From positions 7,192,001 to 7,256,000 of the forward strand of contig NC_043000.1 of assembly GCF_006345805.1 (NCBI RefSeq): 64,000 nt of DNA, written 5' to 3'. This DNA is from Octopus sinensis (lineage: Eukaryota). Shown here piece after piece: positions 1 through 10,593 of this stretch (position 1 is its first letter; the number at the start of each line of letters is the position of its first letter). The translations under genes were made by a program, and so were the position numbers. The notes under the pieces are model-generated. The model worked only from the letters and a program-made list of their open reading frames with translations. It made no database searches and had not been told where the DNA came from.

Positions 1-249
1 TTTTCAAAGTCTTCATTTATTACTTCATTTATTGCTGCACCACTGAACACATCATCATCAGCTGCAAAAACTCCGTTCTGTCAACAAAACTCCATCGCCT
101 GCTCTGACCATTTTTCTTCCGCCTGCCACACATCTACTCATCCTGCAACAGCCTGCTGAACCAGATATAACATCTTAATGGGTAATAATTGGCACGGGGG
201 AACATAGAAGATTTCAATACAAGATCAGAGGTATGCTTAACTTCAACAC

Positions 250-282
250 AGAAAACACGAGCAATGCCAGGTCCAACAGCTA

Positions 283-285
<3 letters not shown>
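250..285 (+). mobile_element. Possible Helitron 3' terminus
   Basis: cgagcaatgccaggtccaacagCTAG|T resembles a degenerate GC hairpin plus CTAG end. A similar hairpin (ccggtgacc-caaca-ggtcacgg) lies at about 2117-2148. Confidence 0.3.

Positions 286-321
<36 letters not shown>
285..321. repeat. (TA)n microsatellite
   Basis: Directly visible. Similar tracts at 2150-2204, 5696-5806, 23595-23690, 55860-56050, 58518-58680 and 59985-60140. Confidence 0.97.
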
Positions 322-324
<3 letters not shown>

Positions 325-1562
325 GTAAAAAGCACTATCCGACTCGTGGCCGTGGCACGTAAAATACTCCAATGCGACCGTCCGACAGGCACCCATGCCA
401 ACCCCCTTTGCTTGTGAAGACATGTTGGGGCAAGCGAAATTGAAACCGAATTGAACCAGCCAGGATCCCTGGTCTGGTGGTACGTAAAAAGCACTATCCG
501 ACTCGTGGCCGTGGCACGTAAAATACTCCAATGCGACCATACGACAGGCACCCATGCCAACCCCCTTTGCTTGTGAAGACATGTTGGGGCAAGCGAAATC
601 GAAATCGAATTGAACCAGCCAGGATCCCTGGTCTGGTGGTACGTAAAAAGCACTATCCGACTCGTGGCCGATGCCAGCACCGCCTCGACCAGCGACCGAG
701 ACCTTTGGAAATATTCTGTACGTGAGAAGACCAGGCAGGACAAGTGAGCCCAGCCCACTTATGAATGCCTTTCCTCCCTTGGACACAAAGACCTGTTGAG
801 GCAAGCGAAGTCGATATAGAACCTCATCCGACGACAGACACCCATGCCAACCCCCCATGCTTGCGAAGACATGTTGGGGCAAGCGAAATCGAAATCGAAA
901 TCGAATTGAACCAGCCAGGATCCCTGGCCTGGTGGTACGTAAAAAGCACTATCCGACTCGTGGCTGTGGCACGTAAAATACTCCAATGCAACCGTACGAC
1001 AGGCACCCATGCTAACCCCCTTTGCTTGTGAAGACATGTTGGGGCAAGCGAAATCGAAATCGAATTGAACCAGCCAGGATCCCTGGTCTGGTGGTACGTA
1101 AAAAGCACTATCCGACTCGTGGCCGTGGCACATAAAATACTCCAATGCGACCGTACGACAGGCACCCATGCCAACCCCCTTTGCTTGTGAAGACATGTTG
1201 GGGCAAGCGAAATCGAAATCAAATTGAACCAGCCAGGATCCCTGGTCTGGTGGTACGTAAAAAGCACTATCCGACTCGTGGCCGATGCCAGCACCGCCTC
1301 AACTGGCTTCCGTGCCGGTGGCACATAAAATACACCAATCTGACCGTGGCCGTTGCCAGCCTCGCCTGGCACCTGTGCAGGTGGCACGTAAAAAGCACCC
1401 ACTACACTCACGGAGTGGTTGGCATTAGGAAGGGCATCCAGCTGTAGAAACATTGCCAGATTAGACTGGAGCCTGGTGCAGCCTTCTGGCTTCCCAGAAC
1501 CCCGGTCGAACCGTCCAACCCATGCTAGCATGGAGAACGGACGTTAAACGATGATGATGATG

Positions 1563-1565
<3 letters not shown>
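322..1565 (+). mobile_element. Short chimeric RTE copy: duplicated 3'UTR piece, ORF C-terminus, 3'UTR with 159-bp repeats, tail
   Basis: 159-bp units start at 322, 481 and 640. ORF end SDRDLWKYSVREKTRQDK* at about 690-747. Tail ggagtggttgg...ccatgctagcatgg...(GAT)n. (TA)n on both sides. Confidence 0.88.
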
Positions 1566-1595
<30 letters not shown>

Positions 1596-2163
1596 AGTAG
1601 GTCAATATTCCCTCTGATTGGGAAGCTAATCTATCACAGGGTTACCCATTTACACCTGAGTGGACTGGAGCAATGTGAAAGGAAGTGTTTTGCTCAAGAA
1701 AACATGTACTTGGTCCAGGAATTGAACCCACAACAAAGCAATTGTGAGTGCAACACACTAATCACACGCACCTTTATCTACAACACATTAAAAGTGAGTT
1801 TGAATCTTGCTTGCTTGCTTGCAGTGCTACCTAGCCAAATTGTAACATAATGGGAAAATACTATGAATTAAGTTTACTCTGAAATGTTATTACGAACAGA
1901 AGGAATCAAGTTTCGTGTAAATCAGAACATCTAGATCCATAACTGGTGAGATATTTGGGGTTTAAGGGTATATTAGGAAAGTGTTCCGAATTTAACTTCA
2001 ACCTGAAAGGAGAGAAACTCTGACCTTTCGATGCCACATTCATTGAAAACGTGAAATAACCTGGAAAAGAAAAAACTCACAAAACAAAACTCCATTTCTG
2101 GGAAACTCAGAGTTTCCCGGTGACCCAACAGGTCACGGGTAGTTTAGTATACATATGTATGTA

Positions 2164-2204
<41 letters not shown>

Positions 2205-4943
2205 CGAGGTAGTCAGAGTATGTGACAGAATACTGAAGATTAGATTAGTGCTCCATCATAGTTTAGCAACTATTATATCGGCCTATGCCCCTCAGCCAGG
2301 GTTACCCGATGGACAGAAAGACTGTTTCTATGACACCCTACTGCAGACCACCTCATTGATGAACAACAGGGACCTTCTCTTTGTGGCTGGTGACTTCAAT
2401 GGGCATGTTGGACGAAATGCTGAGGGCTTCTATGGCGTTCATGGAGGCTATGGTTATGGTTCTCGCAATGAGGAGGGAACCAGGCTGCTGGAGTTCTGTG
2501 ATGCGAATAGTCTTATGGTTTGCAACACTAATTTCAGGAAACCGACAAGCTACTTGGTCACCTACCGTTCGGGCCAGCATACTAACCAAATCGACTACAT
2601 CCTTGCCAGAAAAAGGGAAAGATGGCTGCTTATAAATGCCAAAACCTTCCCAGGCGAAGAATGTACCCCACAACATAGAATGGTAGTCAGTGACTTTAGG
2701 ATCAGGACTAAGAGGACGACTAGAAGACGACCAACATGGAGAAGAAGGGTCTGGAAGCTTAAAGACTCTGCAAATAGACAGAGATTTAGAGACATGTTAC
2801 TTGAAGCCTTCGACGAAATAGAAGGGGGTATAGCTACACATGGGGTAGAAGATAACTGGGCGCTTCTAAGGGACAACCTGCTGAAAGCCACTGACCAGAT
2901 CTGTGGCTGGTGCAAAGTCCCCACAAGACCCAAAATAACGTGGTGGTGGAACAATACTGTTGACAGGGCTATTAGACAAAAGAAACAGGCTTGGAAGGAC
3001 TGGAAGAACGGTGGTAGCAGGGAAGTGTATCAGACTGCAAGAAGGGAAGCTAGGAGGCAGGTGTATTTAGCCAGAGGGGAAGCAGATAAGAAAAAATTTG
3101 CCAATGTCCTGCGCCATGAGGATGAAAGACTTGAGGTATTTTGTATAGCAAGACAGTGTGTGAGAGAGAATCGTGACGTGGTAGGAGAAAAATGTGTTCG
3201 CACGGATGACGGCTCACTTGCGCTAAATGAGGATGCAAAGAGAGAGGTTTGGAGACGCCACTATGAAAGGTTGCTGAATGAGGAAAATGAATGGGATAAA
3301 GAGAGTCTGCCGAATGTTGACCCAACAGAGGGACCAACAATCCGAGTTGACAGTTCCTTAGTAGTTAAGGCAATTACAAGCATGAAAACAGGGAAAGCCC
3401 CAGGCCAATCAGGAATTACTGCAGAGATGCTCAAAATATCTGGTAGTGTCGGCTATAGCCAAGTCACCTGTATAGTTAACCAGGTGATACACGAAGGAGT
3501 CATACCCAATGACTGGTGTAGCAGCATAATAGTCAACTGCTACAAAGGTAAAGGTGATGCCCTAGATACAAATAGCTACAGGGGTATCAAGCTGCTGGAT
3601 CAGGTAATGAAGGTTACGGAGAGGGTTATAGCCCAACTAATTAGAGAGAGAGTTAGCCTAGATCAGATGCAGTTTGGGTTCGTGCCAGGGAAAAGTACTA
3701 CTGATGCTATTTTCCTGGTAAGACAGCTGCAGGAGAAATACCTAGCCAAAGACAAGCCCCTATACCTGGCTTTTGTTGATATGGAGAAAGCCTTCGACAG
3801 GGTCCCCCGATCCCTTATCTGGTGGTCAATGAGGAAACTAGGGATAGATGAATGGTTAGTGAGAGCTGTACAAGCCATGTACAGAGATGCTGCTAGTAAG
3901 GTGAGGGTTGGCATCGAGTACAGTGAAGAACTCAGGGTAGAGGTTGGGGTCCACCAAGGTTCAGTCCTCAGTCCCCTCCTATTTATCATAGTCCTCCAGG
4001 CAATAACGGAGGAATTCAAGACAGGATGCCCCTGGGAGCTCCTCTATGCTGATGACCTTGCTCTAATTGCTGAGTCTCTATCAGAACTAGAGGAGAAGTT
4101 TCAGGTATGGAAGCAAGGTTTAGAATCGAAGGGCCTTAGAATCAACCTAGCCAAAACCAAAGTCCTAATAAGTAGGAAGGTAGACCAATCACAAACGCCT
4201 TCAGGTAGATGGCCCTGCTCGATCTGTAGAAAAGGCGTAGGTAGAAACTCTATAAGATGCACCAAATGTAAGCTATGGACACATAAGAGATGTAGTAATG
4301 TCAAAGGAAGACTAACTAGGAAAATAGTTTTTATCTGTGGCAGATGCTCAGGAGCAATAAACTCTGAAAATATGCAGAGACCAACTTCTACCACGTACCA
4401 GGGAGAAAAACTAGAAGTAGTTGATAGCTTCCGCTACCTAGGTGACCAAGTCAGTAGCGGGGGCGGGTGTGCTGAAAGTGTAACTGCTAGAGTAAGAATA
4501 GCCTGGGCAAAGTTTAGAGAGCTCTTACCCCTGATGGTGACAAAAGGCCTCTCGCTCAAAGTAAAAGGCAGACTGTATGATGCATGTGTACGTACAGCCA
4601 TGCTACATGGTAGTGAAACTTGGGCTGTGACTGCTGAGGATTTGCGTAAGCTCGCAAGAAATGAAGCTAGTATGCTCTGATGGATGTGTAATGTCAGTGT
4701 TCATAATCGACAGAGTGTAAGTACCTTGAGAGAAAAGTTGGACCTAAGAAGCATCAGTTGTTGTGTGCAAGAGAGACGTTTGCGCTGGTATGGTCATGTG
4801 ACGAGAATGGCTGAAGATAGTTGTGTGTGAAAGTGCCACACCATGGCAGTTGAGGAGACCTGTGGAAGAGGTAGACCCAGGAAAACCTGGGTCGAGACCT
4901 ATGGAAGTATGCTGTGCGTGAGAAAACCCGGCAAGACCAGTGA
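2205..4943 (+). pseudogene. RTE APE-RT ORF, interrupted
   Basis: Open for about 824 codons, then TGA at 4678 (likely CGA>TGA), TGA at 4828, and a deletion of about 60 bp after KTW relative to the copy at 45621-45821. The ORF-track start at 2155 comes from the microsatellite. Confidence 0.9.
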
Positions 4944-5695
4944 GAATCAAAATCATACCAAATCAATTCATATATCAGAAAGCAGAACCAAATTGAGGTC
5001 GATCAACATCAGTGGGAAATGCAGCTGTGGTTAAGCGAACCATCCGATCGTGGTCATTGCCGGCGCCGCCCCGTCTAGCCTCCGTGTCGGTGGCACGTAA
5101 AAGCACCATCCGTTCGTGTCCGTTGCCAGCCTTGCCTGGCCCCCGTGCAGGTGACACGTAAAAGCACCATCCGTTCGTGTCCGTTGCCAGCCTTGCCTGG
5201 CCCCCGTGCAGGTGACACGTAAAAGCACCATCCGTTCGTGGCCGTTTGCCAGCTCTGTCTGGCTCCCGTGTCGGTGGCACGTAAAAGCACCATCCGTTCG
5301 TGTCCGTTGCCAGCCTCGCCTGGCCCCCATGCCGGTGACACGTAAAAGCACCATCCGTTCGTGGCCGTTTGCCAGCTCTGTTTGGCCCCCGTGTTGGTGG
5401 CATGTAAAAGCACCATCCGTTCGTGTCCGTTGCCAGCCTTGCCTGGCCCCCGTGTCGGTGACACGTAAAAGCACCATCCGTTCGTGGCCGTTTGCCAGCT
5501 CTGTTTGGCACCTGTGCGGGTGGCACGTAAAAAGCACCCACTACACTCACGGAGTGGTTGGCGTTAGGAAGGGCATCCAGCCGTAGAAACACTGCCAGAT
5601 CTGACTGGGCCTGATGAAGCCTTCCAGCTTCACAGACCCCAGTTGAACCGTCCAACCCATGCTAGCATGGAAAACGGACGCTAAACGATGATGAT
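2205..5695 (+). mobile_element. 5'-truncated RTE-clade non-LTR retrotransposon (young copy) inside a uri1 intron, antisense to the gene
   Basis: APE C-terminal half (VAGDFNGHVG, IDYIL, HRMVVSDF), RT (GKSTTDAIF, GVHQGSVLSPLLF, LLYADD), C-terminal RRLRWYGHV and GRGRPRKTW, a 3'UTR with 61/62-bp tandem repeats, conserved tail and (GAT)n end. Flanked by (TA)n/(CA)n. Confidence 0.96.
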
Positions 5696-5768
5696 ATATT
5701 TATATATACACACACACACACACACACTCATGTATTGACTTTTATTTAACCAGTTTGTTCTACCAAAC

Positions 5769-5808
<40 letters not shown>

Positions 5809-6429
5809 TTGTAACAGCTGTCACTTGCATGACTTGAAGGCATGTAGTAAACTTTCACATACACACCCTTTTGGTCAATCCCCTCTTAATCTTGACACAG
5901 CAATTTATGCAGAGTGGGACAACTGCAGGGACAGAGAATTACCTCTGCACTCAGTTGGTGCTCATTACAGCTGAGTATACTGGAACAATGTGAAATGAAA
6001 TGCAATGCTGAAGCACACAATGTACTGCCTAGTCCATGGATTGAACTGACAACCTGATGATTGTGAACCAAACACTTTAACCACGAGGTCATGCACTTTC
6101 ATATAAAGCCTGATAATGTTGTTTATACTGTGTCACTTTATGCCTCCATAACTTAGCAGTTTGACAGAGTCAATAAAATGAGTACCACAGACTGAAGCAA
6201 ATATTGGTACTGATATAATCAATTGGAACTTCTCAAGGCAGTACCCCAGTCTGGCTGTAGTCAAATAATTGAAACTAATCAAAGTAGAATACCTACTGTT
6301 CCACTCTCTCTCTTTTTCTTCTTCATATTTTTCATTGATATCAACAACACCATCTTTTCCCTGGAAAAAAAAGAAAATAATAATAATACTTTCTATAATA
6401 GGCACAAAGTCTGGAATTTGCGGGGAGGA

Positions 6430-6790
6430 GTATAGTTGATAACATGAACACCAATGTTTCACTGGTACTTGATTTATTGATCCTGAAAGGTTGAAACGCA
6501 AAGTCAACCCTGGCAGAATTTGAACTCAGAACGTAAAGACAGGTGAAATGTTGCTACGCATTTTGCCCGGTATGCTCATGATTCTGCCAGCTTGCCACCT
6601 TAATAATAATGATTTCAAATTTTGGCACAAGGCCAGGAATTTTAGGGGAAGGGTTAAGTCAACATCAACCCCAATAATCAGCTGGTACTTATTTTATTGA
6701 TCCCGAAAGGATGAAAGGCAAAGTTGATCTCGGCAGAATTTGAACTCATAACATGAAGACAGATGAAATGCCACTAAATATGTTGCCCAG
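6430..6790 (-). mobile_element. Two tandem SINE family B copies
   Basis: Two gcagaatttgaactca units. Other copies at about 7450-7660(+), 20790-20975(-) and 36040-36180(-). Confidence 0.78.
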
Positions 6791-7148
6791 CTTGACAGGA
6801 TCCAGTGAGCTGTAGGGCTGCAATGTGTTTCATGCTAACTTTGGCAGGGTTTGCAGAGCTAGATATCCTTCCTGATACCAAATAACACCAGAATGAGACT
6901 GAAACTTTATTTCATTTTTACTTTCAACCAAGAGGATTAGGAATTGCCTTTCCATCAAAATTCTTCAAAAGCAAAACTGAAGTACATTGTTTAAAGCTCC
7001 AATTTGATAGATGAACAATATATCGTAGCAGAGCATACACAAACATACCATGATTCTAGTTTATGATACTTGGAACACCATGCATGACTTTAAAAAACTA
7101 CATGAGCTCTCACACTTGTATTATAAATCAAAGAGAATAATAACATAC

Positions 7149-7240
7149 TTCACTGAGCTGTTTCAATTCATCTGTAAAGCTTGTCCGGTTTACAAGAAGA
7201 TTCCTTTGTTGCTCTAAGTCTTTAATTTGTTGATCAATTG
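7149..7240 (-). CDS. uri1: URI1 coding exon 4: (S)IDQQIKDLEQQRNLLVNRTSFTDELKQLSE; gene continues beyond the left edge
   Basis: tttttcag acceptor and GAA|GTATGT donor, 92 nt, phase 1 to 0. Coiled-coil resembling URI TIDDL...R.EFTEDLQKMSD. No further exon identified in 1-7148. Confidence 0.9.
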
Positions 7241-7959
7241 CTGAAAAAGAAATTTTAAAATTCATGATGCAGTTCATTCAACTGGCACTTAATTCTTGAT
7301 TTTGTACCATTAAGCTGACAAGATACAAATTCTTCACTTATTGGACACTCATTATTTTTTTGTCTTTCTAGCTTAAGGTATATTGTTTTTACATTTACAT
7401 GCAGTTAACTTCTATTCCTTTCAATAGTTCAGTCACTTAAAGCAACAAGCTGGCAGAATCTTTAGCACACTGGGGAAAATGCTTAGCAGCACTTCATTCA
7501 TTTTTACATTTTGAGTTCAAATTCCACTGAGGTCAACTATGCTTTTTATCCTTCTAGGGTCAATTAAATAAATACCAGTTGAACACTGGAGTTGACTTAT
7601 ACCCCCCACCCCACCCCACGCTGAAATTGCTCACCTTGTACCAAAAATTTGAAATCAATATTTCAGTCATTCATATGAGTTCTTGAATATTTTGAAAACA
7701 TTTTCTTGCAGAGAAGCACCTTCAAAATTCTACACCTTCCAGTTTCTGAGGAATTTTTTACCTTTCTCTCAAATTAATTTATTTTGGCTAGATGCAACGC
7801 CAATCACTACAAATAAAACTTTATTATCAACTGGTGCTTATTTTCTACTGAAATATGAAAAACAAGGTTGACTTTGAAGTATTTTGAACTCATCTGTATC
7901 TAAGCCTAAACAATAAGCAATGTTTAGTTTCATGCTCCCGAAGTAAAATTATGTTTATG

Positions 7960-8545
7960 TGCAAGTGTGGCTGCGTGGTACGAAGCTTACTTCCAAATTG
8001 CATGGTTCTGGGTTCAGTCCCACTGTGCAGAACCTTAGGCAAGTGTCTTCTACTATAGCCTCAGGCCAACCAAAACCGCGTGAGTGGATTTGGTTGAGGG
8101 AAACTAAAAGAAACCCATCGTGTGTGTGTGTAGATTTAAATTAATCGAAGAACATACAAGTATGTCTACCTGCTGGAAATAACAGTCAAAACTTATTTAA
8201 ATCGCCAAAGTATACTGATGATTTAAATAAGAGTTTTGACTCTTATTTCCAGCAGGTAGACATACTTAGTATGCCCTTTGATTAATTTTAATCCTTCAGC
8301 TATTCAATACTTTTCTTGGGCCTGCAATCACCTATATTATATGCATATATCTATGTGTGTTTGCATTTTTGTGTATTTGTCCCCCTATCACTGCTTGATA
8401 ACCAATGTTGGTGCGTTTACATCCTAGTAACTTAGTAGTTCAGCAAAAGAAATCAATAAAATAAGGACTAGGGTCGATTTGTTTGATTAAATCCCTTCAA
8501 AGCAGTGCTCCAGCATGGGTGCAGTCAAATGACTGAAACAAGAAA
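7960..8545 (+). mobile_element. SINE family A split by a foldback insert
   Basis: 5' half at 7960-8130 and 3' half at about 8350-8545. Confidence 0.75.
8136..8291. repeat. Foldback (about 70-bp inverted arms) insert
   Basis: aagtatgtctacctgctggaaataacagtcaaaac-ttatttaaatc pairs with gatttaaataagagttttgactcttatttccagcaggtagacatactt around a loop of about 14 nt. Confidence 0.85.
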
Positions 8546-10457
8546 AACTTGCCTTAGTTTTCTATTAAGAAAAATTTCAGTTTGTTTCTCAACCGAATGT
8601 TACAGAGTACCATTTAGTTGTCTGTGAGAAGAGAGTTCAGCAGATGAAATGCTGCCAAAGCCTAAAGTGTAGAGGTTTGAAGGAAGTGACAGGGTAGGGG
8701 AAGCTGAGTATGGTAGGAGATGATATAGTTAAACTGAAACTGGTTGGAAGTTACTGAGAGATAGTTTGTTAGAAGCTGCTGTTGATGTATATGGATGGAC
8801 AAGAAGCCCACCAAAACATTTGGAAATGAGACAGTTGGGTGATGAAGTTAAAAAGGAGAAGAGGAAGAAGGTCAAATAATGGCAGAGAATGAGAGGTACA
8901 GTAGCAGAAGAAGCAGTGATAAAAGTTACAAAACAGCTGAGAAAGCTACAAGAAAGGACAGAGAGTACAGAGGAAAATGTGTGGAGTTATGTGGATTCAG
9001 AGGAGGGTCAGAGAAGTGCTTTGCAAAGAAATTAGCCAGAGAAAGAGGGTGGGGAATATGTGATGTGACAGGGTGAGTTACATAAAGAATGAAGTGGGAC
9101 AAATTGTTATGGATTCATATAGAATTTAAGTGAAGATGGAAGAGATACATGGAAGGGCTGTTGAATGACAAGAATTATTAGGATTGCAAGGTGAGTAATC
9201 CAGTTCTAGGACTGTCAGAGGAGATAACTGAAAAGGTTGAGGAAGCAATGGGTGATGAAGAATGTAATGGCTGAGAATCAATAGGTGTTGTAGGAGACAT
9301 GTTAAGGGCAGCAGGAAGTTAGAGTGAAAAGAAATGAATTGGGAGTTGAGCACTCTTGTTTCTCTGTACAGGGGGCAAGGAGATCTTCCGGGCAATGGTT
9401 CATATAGAGCAATTAAGCTACTGAAATATGGAATGTAGGTAATGGAAACAATCTTAAATAAGAGGGTAAGGAAGAAAGTGAAGATCAACAGTGGCTAAAG
9501 GGAGATGGGCATAAAAGGAATTCCAGAGAGTGAACAATATGCTAATGAGGAGAGGCAACTTGCCGAAACCAAAGGGAAAGATATATGTAATATAGGTGAG
9601 GCATGGATAATGAACATGGAGCAGCAGAAAAGGCTGGAAAGAATAGAAATAAGAATGTTTAGGTTGATGAGCAGAGCATCAATGAGTGAGAGAGGGGAAG
9701 AGAAACTATGAATTGTAAAAATAATAAGGATGGAGCACATGGTGAATACTATGGGGAGAAATTCTTGAGATGGTTCAGTCCTATGTTGAGGAAGACTGAA
9801 AGTGACTGGGTGAGAAAAGTGATGAAGAGAATATGGAAGGAAATATAAGGGAAAAACTGAGAAATGACATGGTTAAAGGTGATGGGAGAAACAAGAGAAC
9901 ACGAGAGTTGGTGAAGAAGGATATAGCAGTTAGGGCAAAATGGAGCATGTTATGGGACCTGCAAGGTTAACCCTGCTTTTGCAGGGAAAATGGTCTTAGA
10001 ATGTTTTATGTGTGTTGTTTTGTTTCTGCTGAATGACTGGTTTTCTGAAACTTCAGTTGCATTTGATATAAAAAGGGGGGAAAAGGAGGAAAAAACACAA
10101 TCAACCTTTGATAAACTTACCACAATTTAAACTTTACAACAAAAACTATGGAAAACAAAAACACAAGAGCAAACAACAGAACAGAGACAGCAAAGCCATG
10201 GGACCAAGTTATAAATATTATTAAAATAACACTGGAAAAAGAAACTGCCATCCCTGCCCCTGGCAACAGCAACGAGGTGAACATAATTTTTTAACTCCAT
10301 TTGGAACCTGAAAACAATCAAATATAGAAAGAACAATAAAGCAATTAAGCCATGGGACCAAGTATATAAACTATTATTAAAATAACACTGGAACAGACTA
10401 TGCCATCCCTGGCTCACTGGCAAAAGAACCGAGGTGAAAATATATTTTTTTACTTAC

Positions 10458-10593
10458 ACTTTATTCTTCTCTTTACTATATTTGATGCTTGCTTTGCAGA
10501 CCTCTCAGCAAACCAGTTATCTCCTAACAGAACTAAAATCTCATTAGTATGTACAAGTTGTCCAGGCATAAAAGCTTTTGACCCAATTGGAAC
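10458..10593 (-). CDS. uri1: URI1 coding exon 3: VPIGSKAFMPGQLVHTNEILVLLGDNWFAERSAKQASNIVKRRIK
   Basis: ttttcag acceptor and T|GTAAGT donor, 136 nt, phase 0 to 1. Contains the diagnostic prefoldin-alpha/URI motif AFMPG.LVHTNE..VLLGDNWF...SAKQA. Confidence 0.96.

Noticed and set aside
1-102. Possible next uri1 exon (minus, ttgacag|NGVFAADDDVFSGAAINEVINEDFE)
   Set aside because: The phase fits, but it lacks the expected ..DI.E.. URI motif and runs off the window edge, so it is unsupported.
322-1300. CRISPR-like repeat-spacer reading of the 159-bp and 61-bp arrays next to a reverse transcriptase
   Set aside because: The spacers are homologous to each other, not unique. The arrays lie in a LINE 3'UTR in eukaryotic DNA and there are no cas genes.
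243-1531. Overlapping 100-235 aa ORFs on both strands (also 4975-5655, 27319-27884, 45099-45701)
   Set aside because: Their repetitive translations come from tandem UTR repeats lacking stop codons; no domain similarity is recognisable.
2155-2204. ATG start of the 841-aa ORF
   Set aside because: It derives from the TG/TA microsatellite. The element is 5'-truncated mid-endonuclease.
5611-5617. CTGATGA hammerhead core in the RTE tail
   Set aside because: There is no downstream stem II plus GAAA; the sequence is part of a simple stem-loop.
6920-7320. Other minus-strand AG acceptors near uri1 exon 4 (about 7317 and 6985)
   Set aside because: Both give a stop codon within a few codons in the required phase.
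8600-9990. Purine-rich ORFs 8879-9076 and 9505-9711
   Set aside because: They look like decayed LINE fragments (RTE-like LERIEIRMFR; CR1/L2-like on the minus strand), not host exons.
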